In this document: positions 1-13,540 of the stretch, one piece after another
How positions within the stretch are numbered: the first letter of the stretch is position 1
How the letters are laid out: every line of letters starts with the position of its first letter
Assembly (NCBI RefSeq): GCF_006345805.1
Contig: NC_043025.1
Coordinates: 4,774,001-4,838,000, forward strand
DNA length: 64,000 nt
DNA from: Octopus sinensis
Taxonomy: Eukaryota
Reading direction: 5' to 3'
Notes under the pieces: model-generated
The model's input: only the letters and a program-made list of their open reading frames with translations
Database searches by the model: none
Told to the model about the DNA's origin: nothing
Translations under genes and position numbers: made by a program

Positions 1-545
1 CCATGTGGCCGTGAAGCAAGCTTCTTACCGCCCAAGGTGCCACATAGTGGGACTGAACCTGGTACCATGTGGCTGTGAAGCAAGCTTCTTACCGCCCAAG
101 GTGCCACATAGTGGGACTGAACCTGGTACCATGTGGCCGTGAAGCAAGCTTCTTACCGCCCAAGGTTCCACATAGTGGGACTGAACCTGGTACCATGTGG
201 CTGTGAAGCAAGCTTCTTACCGCCCAAGGTGCCACATAGTGGGACTGAACCTGGTACCATGTGGCTGTGAAGCAAGCTTCTTACCGCCCAAGGTGCCACA
301 TAGTGGGACTGAACCTGGTACCATGTGGCCGTGAAGCAAGCTTCTTACCGCCCAAGGTGCCACATAGTGGGACTGAACCTGGTACCATGTGGCCGTGAAG
401 CAAGCTTCTTACCGCCCAAGGTGCCACATAGTGGGACTGAACCTGGTACCATGTGGCTGTGAAGCAAGCTTCTTACCGCCCAAGGTGCCACATAGTGGGA
501 CTGAACCTGGTACCATGTGGCTGTGAAGCAAGCTTCTTACCACAC
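1..545 (-). repeat. 64-bp tandem satellite (~8.5 copies) derived from the tRNA-like head of SINE family A
   Basis: ccatgtgg recurs at 1, 65, 129 and onward. The unit matches the SINE-A head (ccaaggtgccac..gtgggactgaacc..ccatgtgg..agcaagct..ttacc). The array runs off the window start. Confidence 0.95.
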
Positions 546-747
546 AGTCACACTTATCTTTGGTTTAAAAATTTGACAGGAAGTATTTCATGTTGCTATT
601 TATTTTCAGGGAAACCCCGATGAGCAAAGTTAAAGGGTGTTCCAACTGTGGTATAGTATATCTAGGACTACATTACACAATGTGACATTTGGTACAATAG
701 ATGAACCTGATTTAATGCTTTTTTAAAAATTTTGTTTACATAGATAC

Positions 748-890
748 AGGTATGGCTGCAAAGTAAGATCCTTGCTTGCCCACCACATGGTTCTGGGTTC
801 GGTCCCACAGCATGGTACATTGATTAAGTGTCTTCTACTATAGCCTCAGGCCAACTAAAGCCTTGTGAGTGGATTTGCTAGAAGGAAACT
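748..890 (+). mobile_element. SINE family A, partial (head), part of a ~210-bp local duplication with 2611-2832
   Basis: tRNA-like head with B-box-like ggttcggtccc. The flank acaatagatgaacctgatttaatgc is shared with the copy at 2611. Confidence 0.85.
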
Positions 891-1048
891 GCGTTTTATC
901 CCCTTCTACTGTACATAGACATGTTAACCTTCTTCGCGCAGTTGTAATTTATTGGCCACAGGGTTTCTCCTCTGTAGCTGCAGGCACATTTTGTCCTCTT
1001 CAGAAGGGTGCTTAAAAGAAACGCATCACTAAGTTTATTTCTAGTACT

Positions 1049-1276
1049 TTAACCCTTTAGTGTTCCGATTATTCTGTCAAATGTGATGTTTGTTTATTTA
1101 TATTGTTTTGAATTAATCATACATTATCTTGTAGTTTAGAGATTCCTGTGATGTGACTTTTTAGTTTTAGAATGACATGGTAGGGCTGAGGTGAGAGACA
1201 AGCTCTGGTCAGTTTCAATATATAACAGGTTAAATATTTTGGCCAGATATGGCCAGTTTGAATACTAATGGGTTAA
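1049..1276. mobile_element. piggyBac-type MITE (family 1)
   Basis: TTAA-CCCTTTAG ... CTAATGGG-TTAA termini. A reverse-orientation copy lies at 22776-23012. Confidence 0.85.
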
Positions 1277-1414
1277 GCTATAAACAGGTTACATAACAAG
1301 GCTAAACTCCCATTTTCTGATGCCATTTTTATTGTTTATATCCTAACCACAAGGTGATCAAGCTTTGAAATCCATTGCAGATTTTTAGATTTTTTTTTTT
1401 TTTTCCCAAACGAA

Positions 1415-1965
1415 AATGGCCAATTTTTCATTTTGTTTAATTCTGACTCGGATGACAATTTCGAAGGATTTATCATCATCATCGTTTAACGTCTGTTCTC
1501 CATGCTAGCATGGGTTGGATGGTTCGACCGGGGATCTGGGAAGCCAGAAGGCTGCACCAGGCTCCAGTCTTATCTGGCAATGTTTCTACAGCCGTATGCC
1601 CTTCCTAACGCCAACCACTCCGTGAGTGTAGTGGGTGCTTTTTACGTGCCACCTGCACAGGTGCCAGGCGAGGCTGGCAACGGCCACGGTCGGATTGGTG
1701 TATTTTACGAGCCACCAGACCAGGGATCCTGGCTGGTTCAATTCGATTTTGATTTACTCAGGTAGATATCAATGGTGAAATTATTCAAGGTGATGATGAA
1801 GATGTAGATTGTGCTTACAGTTATATTGAGAATGATGCACCAAGCAGATACTATCATCAACAACTGGCTGATTTAAGGAAGGTACTGGCCCCAAAGATGC
1901 ACAATTCTGAGGGGGAACTCTTCCGTCTATTCCTTAATGGATTACATAAAAATATTGTGGCCGAT
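1415..1965 (+). pseudogene. Degenerate piggyBac-like transposase N-terminal remnant, split by a family-D insertion
   Basis: Rejoined frame reads NSDSDDNFEGF|TQVDING...NSEGELFRLFLNGLHKNIVAD. This resembles the acidic FEGF N-terminus and LFxLFF...IVxETN motif of PGBD transposases (recalled similarity). Confidence 0.4.
1473..1730 (-). mobile_element. Family D element ((CAT)n-tailed retroposon-like repeat with internal minisatellite), partial
   Basis: (atc)n tail followed by gtttaacgtc..catgctagcatggg..gcccttcctaacgccaaccactc, as in the copies at 1958, 17021 and 49412. Confidence 0.85.
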
Positions 1966-2535
1966 GCCAGCGCCGCCTTGACTGGCTTCCGTATTGGTGG
2001 CACGTAAAAACCACCAACCGATCGTGGCCGTTGCCAATCTCCCTTGGCACCTGTGCCGGTGGCACATAAAAAGCACCATCTGTACGTGGTTGATGCCAGC
2101 GCCACCTTGACTGGCTTCTGTGGCACGTAAAAACCACCAACTGATCGTGGCCATTGCCAACCTACCCTGGTACCTATGCTGGCGGCACGTGAAAAGCACC
2201 ATCTGTACGTGGTCGATACCAGCACCACCTTGACTGGTTTCTGTGACACATAAAAACCACCAACCGATCGTGGCCGTTGCCAACCTCCGGTGGAACGTAA
2301 AAAGCACCATCTGTACGTGGTCGATGCCAGCGCCACCTTGACTGGCTTCTGTGGCACCTAAAAAGCACCCACTACACTCATGGAGTGGTTGGCACTAGGA
2401 AGGTCATCCAGCTGTAGAAACACTGCCAGATCAGACTGGAGCCTGGTGCAGCCTTCTGGTTCCCAGACCCCGGTCGAACTGTCCAACCCATGCTAGCATG
2501 GAAAACAGACGTTAAACGATGATGATGACGATGAT
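1958..2535 (+). mobile_element. Family D element with internal gtggcacgtaaaaagcacc minisatellite
   Basis: Repeated ggcacgtaaaaa(g)cacca units, then ggaaggtcatccagctgtagaaacac...gttaaacgatgatgatg tail. Confidence 0.85.
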
Positions 2536-2664
2536 GATCTATTCCTTTATTAGTATACAAAATAATCAAGCCCGTATTCACAATACAATGAAAGTTATAA
2601 CAATTTTAAAACAATAGATGAACCTGATTTAATGCTTTTTAAAAAATTTTGTTTACATAGACAC

Positions 2665-2820
2665 CGGTATGACTGCATGGTAAGATCCTTGCTTGCCCAC
2701 CACATGGTTCTGGGTTCTGTCCCACAGCATGGCACATTGGTTAAGTGTCTTCTACTGTAGCCTCAGGCCAACCAAAGCCTTGTGAGTGGATTTGGCAGTC
2801 AGATTTGCTAGACGGAAACA
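2665..2820 (+). mobile_element. SINE family A, partial
   Basis: Near-identical to 748-890. Confidence 0.85.
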
Positions 2821-3101
2821 GCGTTTTGTCCCTGTCAAAAATAATGCAGTGGCAGGGGAAACTATTCTAGGGGGAAAATCAGTGTGATGAAGGTTAAAGA
2901 AGAACTATTAATAACAATACAACATTTGCAAACTGTGATGGAGCAACCTTTACAATAAACTACTGGGGTCAAAGAGTGTGGAAAGGTTCCACAAGAAGAA
3001 GACAGAGAATAGCCCAGGGATGTGGATCTCTGGATCTCACCACGATGTTAAGCCAGCTTTATGACATGAGACTAAACAGCAATAGTAACAACAATAACAA
3101 C

Positions 3102-3514
3102 CTCTTTTACTCTTTTACTTGTTTCAGTCATTTGACTGCGGCCATGCTGGAGCACCACCTTTAATCGAGCAACTCGACCCCAGGACTTATTCTTTTGTAA
3201 GCCCAGTACTTATTTTATCGGTCTCTTTTGCCGAACCTCTAAGTAACGACGACGTAAACACACGAGCATCGGTTGTCAAGCAATGCTAGGGGAACAAACA
3301 CAGACACACAAACACATACACACACATGCATATATATATATACATATATACAACGGGCTTCTTTCAGTTTCCGTCTACCAAATCCACTCACAAGGCTTTG
3401 GTCAGCCCAAGGCTATAGTAGAAGACACTTGCCCAAGGTGCCACGCAGTGGGACTGAACCCGGAACCATGTGGTTGGTAAACAAGCTACTTACCACACAG
3501 CCACTCCTGCGCCT
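3102..3514 (-). mobile_element. SINE family A, full length (tRNA-derived)
   Basis: Minus strand reads ggcgcaggagtggctgtgtggtaagtagc..ggttccgggttcagtcccactg (A/B-box-like head), a central TA/CA microsatellite, and a gtaaaagagtaaaagag tail. Confidence 0.95.
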
Positions 3515-4045
3515 GTTCACCTGATTAGGTTAACCATAAAGTTTTTACACAGGTAGATAAACTGATAAAAAAAAGGAGCTGAACACTGTCGTCCTCCGTA
3601 TATCAAAGATGGGATGGTCATGGCTGGACTGTCTTGAGAATACACCTGGTCTTTGTTCATGTAGTTGAACTACGCTAATCAATACAAACGACATCGTTAT
3701 TCTAACGTCCCCTTTTCCAGGCTTGCATGGGTCGGAGGGAATTTATTTGAGGCAACCCCTCTACACCCAAATGCCAACTGTCACCTGTTTCCAATTGAGG
3801 CAATATTTTCCCAAGGTCAAACAAGTTCTCATAGAATTCTAGATATGAATGACACTATTTGTGCGACAATGACTCATTTTGCAACTATCACACGATGTCA
3901 AGACAGGGTGTATACAAGTGAATACATAAACACACACAAACATACATGCGTACGTATATATATATATATACATACACACACACATATATGTACACACACA
4001 TATATATATATATACACACACATATATATGTAAATATATATATTA

Positions 4046-4169
4046 TGTTAGGAACATAAATTGTGACTAAGGTTTGGTGGAAGATTTTAATTCAGAACTT
4101 ATGAAAACAAGATACTTGTACTAACAGAGCCAGAGGCAGTTTCAGCCGGTTTGGTATCAAAAGGGTTAA
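4046..4169. mobile_element. piggyBac-type MITE (family 2), right-end fragment
   Basis: Matches the right half of 17939-18167 and ends caaaagggTTAA. Confidence 0.8.
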
Positions 4170-4913
4170 ACAATGATGAGGATGATGATGATGATGATCA
4201 TGTATGTATTAGATGATGTTACCCAATATGGATCTCTGAACTCAACAGTAGCAGTTAAACACCTCATCTTACATGCTGGAAATACCATGTGTGTGTGTGT
4301 GTGTGTGGATAGATAGACATGGATGGCTGGATGGATGGATGTAAGTATATATGCACACGCACACACAGCTATATACTCATACATAACTGCCTACTTATCT
4401 TTAGCATGTGATTCAGCATTACAGAGACACATGCACCTTTAAGATAATCCTCAAGAGGAATTAGACTGTAGCTGCAATTTAAATGTCACACAGACAGCCA
4501 CTCTATGCAGTGATCTGGAGTCAGAGGCTGCTGTAAGGAATGAGCTGTAGTCTGAGATCTCACGCGACAATTCTATAGCCGTGATTGAGATTATAGTAAA
4601 AGAACCTTGATAAAAACATAAAAACAGTCAACCAAGATGGGACTGAACCCAGAACCTTGTGATTGCTGAGATAATCTCAATCACTGTCACACACACACAC
4701 ACAATCATACATAAATATGGGCTGAGACTACGCGCATTCATTGGTTAGTTAAAGTTGAGACAGTGTCACATGACAACTTGCTGGGGCTGCCTGCTGGAGC
4801 CTAGCAGCAGGTATTTAAAGGGAAAAAATTTGACAAGTCAGTCAGTCGCCCACTGACATTTGCTGATGACACATCGAAGAGGCCAGGGAACAGAAGAAAG
4901 AAGACATACACTC

Positions 4914-5638
4914 AACACCAGAGCTGAAGACACCTATGAAAGGTGGGGCCCCGCCACATCAAAACGGTAGAGGAGTAGGGGTCGAAACCGGACATGGTTC
5001 CTCCTGATGATGTCTTGAGCTAACTGGATCCTATAAAGGAGCTGTTGTGGTAGCAGACCACGAAACACGGTTGAAATTCCTCAGTATATATATGAGAGGA
5101 TTCTTTTAGTTTCCATTCACCAAGTACACCAATCTGGGGATAAAGTAGAAGATGCTTGCCTAGGGTGCTAAGCAGTTGGGACTGAACCACCTAACACCAG
5201 AGCTGAAGACACCTCCAAAAGGTGGAGCCTCGACACATCAAAACGATAGAGGAGTAGGGGCCGAAACCAGACGTGGTTCCTCCTGATGATGTCTCGAGCT
5301 AACTGGATCCTATAAAGGAGCTGTTGTGGTAGCAGACCACGAAACACAGTTGAAATTCCTCAGTATATATATGAGAGGATTCTTTTAGTTTCCATTTACC
5401 AAGTTCGCCAATCTGGGGATAAAGTAGAAGATGCTTGCCTAGGGTGCTAAGCAGTTGGGACTGAACCACCTAACACCAGAGCTGAAGACACCTCCGAAAG
5501 TAAGGGCCCCACCACATCAAGACGTTAGAGGAGTAGGGGCCGAAACCGGACGTGGTTCCTCCTGATGATGTCTTGAGCTAACTGGATCCTATAAAGGGGC
5601 TGTTGTGGGAGCAGACCATGAAACACGGTTGAAATTCC
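4914..5638 (+). repeat. 279-bp tandem repeat x2.6 (Penelope-LTR-like segment plus diverged SINE-A fragment)
   Basis: aacaccagagctgaagacacc at 4914, 5193 and 5472. Confidence 0.9.
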
Positions 5639-5926
5639 TATTTAAGTTAATATTTAAGTGTTATGTATGCTCTTTGTAGTATGCTGACAAAGCATGTTTA
5701 CCGTTTATGGCTACCTGATGTCATCCACAGTAGTTACACAATTGTCGCTGGATCTACCTAAGGAATTCCTCAGTGTACATTGGTTATAAAACAGCTTAAT
5801 GTTCAAATAAGTACTGGGATCAATTCGTTCGACTAAAACTTTACAAAGCAATGCTCCAGTATGGCCGCAGTCTAACGTCTGACATTTCTATTTTTTTAGA
5901 ATACAAAAAAAATGATACACATATCA

Positions 5927-6097
5927 GGTGCAGGAGTGGCTGTGTGGTAAGTAGCTTGCTAACCAACCACATCGTTCCGGGTTCAGTCCCACTGCATGGC
6001 ACCTTGGGCAAGTGTCTTCTGCTATAGCCCCGAGCCGACCAATGCCTTGTGAGTGGATTTGGTAGACAGAAACTGAAAGAAGCCTGTTGTATATATG

Positions 6098-6130
<33 letters not shown>

Positions 6131-6332
6131 GTGTTTGTCCCCCTAGCATTGCTTGACAACCGATGCTGGTGTGTTTACGTCCAATGTCACTTAGCAGTTC
6201 AGCAAAAGAGACCGATAGAATAAGTACTGGGCTTACAAAAGAATAAGTCCCGGGGTCGATTTGCTCGACTAAAGGCGGTGCTCCAGCATGGCCGCAGTCA
6301 GATAACTGAAACAAGTAAAAGAGAGTGAAGAG
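5927..6332 (+). mobile_element. SINE family A, full length
   Basis: Head gtgcaggagtggctgtgtggtaag through tail gaaacaagtaaaagag. Confidence 0.95.
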
Positions 6333-6400
6333 TACACACATCCTTGTGTGATGTGAGGTAAACATGGCTACACATTTGTTGCCCCCTGAATTATGTCAGA

Positions 6401-6599
6401 TCAGGCCTTGAACAAACCATCCTCATTGGCAGGTTTAAAGCAAAATATGAAATAAACCACCGACAGCCACCGCCCCGCTACCGTCAGCAGCAACAGAAGC
6501 ATAGTAAATAGCTGGTGTCTGCTGTCGTCTGTAGTGCACCGGGAGGGCGGGGCAGCAGTGATGGTGGTAGTGGTGGTGGTGGCATATTCAGTGAAATTC
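6401..6599 (-). CDS. Predicted exon 6 (last coding exon) of uncharacterised membrane-anchored secreted protein
   Basis: Acceptor aaattctttctcag, phase 2. Reads (K)NFTEYATTTTTTITAAPPSRCTTDDSRHQLFTMLLLLTVAGRWLSVVYFIFCFKPANEDGLFKA*: N-glycosylation sequon, Thr-rich stalk, hydrophobic C-terminus, TGA at 6403-6401. Confidence 0.7.
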
Positions 6600-7263
6600 C
6601 TGAGAAAGAATTTGAGCAGGTATTAACATCCTTTGTTTTTGTACCAGAGAATAAACACATATTTATATATATATACATATATATATATATGTAAAATAAA
6701 TATATACTTGTATATATGTGAGAATGTGCGTGTATGTATATATGAGAATATATATATATATATATATATATATACTATATATATTTATATATATATATGT
6801 AAAATAAATATATACTTGTATATATGTGAGATTGTGCGTGTATGTATATACAAGAATATATATGTGCGTGTGTATGTGAGGATGTGTGTGTATATATATA
6901 TATACATATATAAAGAATTTATATATATATATATATATAAACACACACACACACATATATATATATATACATACACACTTATACACATACAAATACACAC
7001 ATACCTCTTGCAATCATCTGAATGTCAGAGCATGCGTATATGCGCGTGTGTGTATGTGTATGCATATGTAATAGATAATCAAGGTGTTAGTTGGGAATGT
7101 GACTATTTTTAGTTATTACACAAACATGTAAGAGGTACGAGTATATATATATATATATATGTATATATATACTCTACATGTATATGTGTGTGTGTGTACA
7201 TGAGCCATGGGGTAGGATTACTGTAATGTGTGTGTGTGTATAAGTAACTGCTGAATCCGTGTA

Positions 7264-8489
7264 TGCTCTCTTTTACTCTTTTACTTGTTTCAGTAATTTG
7301 ACTGTGGCCATGCCGGAGCACTGCCTTTAGTTGAGCAAATCGACCCCGGGACTTATTCTTTGTAAGCCCAGTACTTATTCTATCGGTCTCTTTTGCCGAA
7401 CTGCTAAGTGACGGGGACGTAAACACACCAGCATCGGTTGTCAAGCAATGCTAGGGGGACAAACACAGACACACAAACACACACGCACATATATACATAT
7501 ATATACATACATATATACGACGGGCTTCTTTCAGTTTCCGTCTACCAAATCCACTCACAAGGCTTTGGTCGGCCCGGGGCTATAGCAGAAGACACTTGCC
7601 CAAGATGCCACGCAGTGGGACTGAACCCAGAACCATGTGGTTGGTTAGCAAGCTACTTACCACACGGCAGTGCTCCAGCATGGCCACAGTCAAACACAGA
7701 CATACAAGCATACACACACATACGACGAGCTTCTTTCAGTTTCCGTCTACCAAATTCAATCCCAAGGCATTGGTCGGCCCGAGGCTATAGCAGAAGACGC
7801 TTGGCCAAGGTGCCACGCAGTGGGACTGAACCCAGAACCATGTGGTTGGTAAGCAGATTACTTACCACACGGCGGTGCTCCAGCATGGCCACAGTCAAAC
7901 ACAGACACACAAGCATACACACACATACGACGAGCTTCTTTCAGTTTCCGTCTACCAAATCTATCACAAGGCTTTGGTCGGCCCGAGGCTATAGTAGAAG
8001 ACACTTGCCCAAGGTGCTATGCAGTGGGACTGAACCCAGAACCATGTGGTTGGTAAGCAAGCTACTTACCACACGGCGGTGCTCCAGCATGGCCACAGTC
8101 AAACACAGACACACAAGCATACACACACATATGACGAGCTTCTTTCAGTTTCCGTCTACCAAATTCACTCACACGGCTTTGGTCGGCCCGAGGCTATAGC
8201 GGAAGACACTTGGCCAAGGTGCCACGCGGTGGGACTGAACCCGGAACCATGTGGTTGGTTAGCAAGCTACTTACCACACGGCAGTGCTCCAGCATGGCCA
8301 CAGTCAAGCACAGACACACAAGCATACACACACATATGACGAGCTTCTTTCAGTTTCCGTCTACCAAATCCACTCACAAGGCTTTGGTCCGCCCGGGGCT
8401 ATAGTAGAAAACACTTGGCCAAGATGCCACGCAGTGGGACTGAACCCAGAACCATGTGGTTGGTAAGCAAGCTACTTACCACACAGCCA
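7264..8489 (-). mobile_element. SINE family A copy plus four tandem ~205-bp SINE-derived units
   Basis: Units begin ggc(a/g)gtgctccagcatggccacagtcaa at 7666, 7871, 8075 and 8280. Confidence 0.95.
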
Positions 8490-8519
8490 ACTACAAATCC
8501 ATCTATACCTACAAATCCA

Positions 8520-8631
8520 TCACCATCTTCACAGGGACGAGATGCCATTCTCTGCAGCTGAGCCCCCACAACTCTTTAAGATTGCGTGGATTCTTTTGGC
8601 AAACTCTTCTCTTTGATTCTGTCCACATTTG
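8520..8631 (-). pseudogene. Tc1/mariner transposase C-terminal remnant
   Basis: Minus frame QMWTESKRRVCQKNPRNLKELWGLSCREW resembles the Tc1 segment after the catalytic triad (IENLW..LKRRV...P.NL.ELW....EEW). Confidence 0.55.
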
Positions 8632-8842
8632 GTAAAGTAGATGTTAAAACAATGACGACGACGATGACTTCAAATAACTAATTTCGTCTCTGCCCTTTCT
8701 GTGTTTTTGTAATGATTTCTGTCCCCCCTTACATCTAACTTAAATACCCTCAACTTAAACTTAGATGGTTAGTTGAAAAATACCATTTTAATCTTTTCAC
8801 AAATAATTTTCTTGTACTTTTTATTATTATTATTATTATTAC

Positions 8843-8998
8843 TTCTTTATTCTGACTCCACCCTTAATGTTCTGTAATGCCATCATCGCTGACAGTCTTG
8901 ACTCTGGTATTTGTTTGGGGACCCCAGAAAGCTTTTCTCTTTTGTCGCTTGTTAATTGCTGATTACATGCTTTTACCGTTTTGCCTTTTGTTGTAACT
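8843..8998 (-). CDS. Predicted exon 5 of uncharacterised membrane-anchored protein
   Basis: Acceptor ttttgtag, donor AA|gtaata, 156 nt, phase 2 to 2. Reads [51 protein letters not shown]. Unique island between microsatellites. Confidence 0.75.
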
Positions 8999-9000
8999 CT

Positions 9001-9674
9001 ACAAAATATATATATATATACACATACAATACACATATACATATAATATACATACCACACACATATATTCTATACATATATATACATACATACACACCAT
9101 ATACATTATATATATACATACACACATATTATATATATACATATATACATACATACACACATATATATATATATACTATATATACATACATACACACATA
9201 TATTATATATACATATATATACATACATACACACATATATATATATAATACCTATATATACATACAATACATACACATATATATATATATACATATATAT
9301 ACAATACATACATACACATATATATATATACATATATATACATACATACATACACATATATATATATATACATATATATACATACATACACATACATATA
9401 TATATATACATATATATACATACATACACACACATATATATATATACATATATATACATACATACACACACATATATATATATACATATATATACATACA
9501 TACACACACATATATATATATACATATATATACATACATACACACACATATATATATATATATATACATATATATACATACATACACATATATATATATA
9601 TATACACATATATATACATACATACACACATATATATATATATATATATACATATATATACATACATACACACA

Positions 9675-9706
<32 letters not shown>

Positions 9707-10159
9707 CATACACACATATATATATATATATATATACATATATATACATACATACACACATATATATATATATATATACATATATTACATACATACACAA
9801 CACATATATTATATATATACATATATATACATACATACACCACATATATATATATATATACATATATATACATACATACACACACACATATATATATATA
9901 TATATACATATATATACATACATACACACATATATATATATATATACATATATATACATACATACACACACATATATATATATATATACATATATATACA
10001 TACATACACACACATATATATATATATATACATATATATACATACATACACACACAATATATATATACATATATATACATACACACCAACATATATATAT
10101 ATACATAATATACATACACACACATATATATATATATATATACATATATATACATACAT

Positions 10160-10195
<36 letters not shown>

Positions 10196-10271
10196 ACATA
10201 CACACACATATATATATATATACATATATATACATACATACACACACATATATATACATACATACACACAC

Positions 10272-10304
<33 letters not shown>

Positions 10305-11894
10305 CATACACACCCACATATATATATATATACATATATATACATACTCACACACATATATATATATACATATATATACATACATACACATATATAGATA
10401 TATATATATATATATACATATATATATACATACTACACACATATATATATATATATACATATATATACATAATACACACATATATATATATCTATACATA
10501 TATACATACATACACAATATATAATATACATATATATACATACATCACACATATATATATATACATATATATACATATATACACCATATAATATATTATA
10601 TACATACATATACATACATACACATATATATATATATACATACATACACACATATATATATATAGATATATTACATACATACACATATATATATATATAC
10701 ATATATATACATACATACACACATATATATATATATACATATATATACATACATACACACATATATATATATATACATATATATAATACATACACACATA
10801 TATATATACATACATACACACATATATATATATACATATATATACATACATACACACATATATATATATATATACATATATATACATACATACACACATA
10901 TATATATACATATATATACATACATACACACATATATATATACATATATATACATACATACACACATATATATATATACATATATATACATACATACACA
11001 CATATATATATACATATATATACATACATACACACATATATATATATACATATATATACATACATACACACATATATATATATATACATATACATATATA
11101 TATATACATACATATACATATATATACATACATACACACATATATATATATATACATACATATACATATACATACATACATACACACATATATATATATA
11201 TACATATATAATACATACATACAACATACACATATATATATATACATATATATACATACATACACACATATATATATACATATATATACATACATACACA
11301 CATATATATATATACATATATATACATACATACACACATATATATATATATACATATATATACATACATACACACATATATATATATACATATATATACA
11401 TACATACACACATATATATATATATACATATATATACATACATACACACATATATATATATATACATATATATACATACATACACACATATATATATATA
11501 TACATATATATACATACATACACACATATATATATATATACATATATATACATACATACACACATATATATATATACATATATATACATACATACACACA
11601 TATATATATATATATACATATATATACATACATACACACATATATATATATACATATATATACATACATACACACATATATATATATACATATATATACA
11701 TACATACACACATATATATATATACATATATATACATACATACCACATATATATATAATACCTATATATACATACATACACACATATATTAGATATACAT
11801 ATATATACATACATACACACATATTATATATATACATATATATACATACATACACATATATATATATACATATATAATATACATACTACACATA

Positions 11895-11926
<32 letters not shown>

Positions 11927-12098
11927 CACATATATATACATACATATACACATATATATATATATATACATATATATACAACATACACATATATATACAT
12001 ACATATACACATATATATATATATATACATATATATACATACATACACATATATATATATATAATATACATACACATATATATATTATATATATACAT

Positions 12099-12133
<35 letters not shown>

Positions 12134-12202
12134 CATACATCACATATTATATATATTATATACATACACACATACACATATATATATATAATATATAACA
12201 TA

Positions 12203-12237
<35 letters not shown>

Positions 12238-12954
12238 CATACATACACATATTATATATATATAATATATATATACATACATACATACACATATATATAT
12301 ATATATATATATACATACATACATACACATATATATATATATATATACATACATACATACACATTATATATATATATATATACATACATACATACACATA
12401 TATATATATATATATATACATACATACATACACATATATTATATATATATACATACATACATACACATTATATATATATATATATACATACATACATACA
12501 CATATATATATATATATATATACATACATACATACACATATATATATATATATATATATACATACATACATACACATATATATATATATATACATACATA
12601 CATACACATATATATATATATATACATACATACATATATATATATATATACATACATACATATATATATATATATACATACATACATATATATATATATA
12701 CATACATATATATATATACATACATACATATATATATATATATACATACATACATATATATATTATATATATACATACATACATACACATATAATATATA
12801 TAATACACATACATACATATATATATATATATACACATACATACATATATATATATATATACACATACATACATATATATATATACACATACATACATAT
12901 ATATATATATATACACATACATACATATATATATATTATACACATACATACTAT

Positions 12955-12987
<33 letters not shown>

Positions 12988-13186
12988 TACATACATATAT
13001 ATATATATATATATAATATCATACATACATACACATATATATATATACATACATACATACACATATATATATATACATACATCATACATACATATATATA
13101 TATATACATACATACATACACACATATATATATATATACATACATACATACACACATATATATATAATATATATATATATATACAT

Positions 13187-13227
<41 letters not shown>

Positions 13228-13259
13228 CACACATATATATATATATACATACATACAAT

Positions 13260-13296
<37 letters not shown>

Positions 13297-13509
13297 CACA
13301 TATATATATATATATACATACACATATATATATAATATACATACACATATATATATACATACACATATATATATATACATACACATATATATAATATATA
13401 TATATATACATACACATATTATATATACATACACATATATATATATATATATATATACATACACATATATATATATACATACACATATATATATATATAT
13501 ATATACATA

Positions 13510-13540
<31 letters not shown>

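Noticed and set aside
610-650. Possible plus-strand micro-exon (ttttcag|..ETPMSKVKGCSNC..|gtatag)
   Set aside because: Splice signals are plausible, but no partner exons or homology could be established in the window. RNA-seq would settle it.
915-1012. Possible minus-strand exon (HPSEEDKMCLQLQRRNPVANKLQLREE)
   Set aside because: Two frames are open, the donor is weak, and it cannot be linked to the six-exon model, which already has a stop codon.
2898-3100. Open frame NTTFANCDGATFTINYWGQRVWKG...
   Set aside because: No convincing splice sites or start, and no recognisable family.
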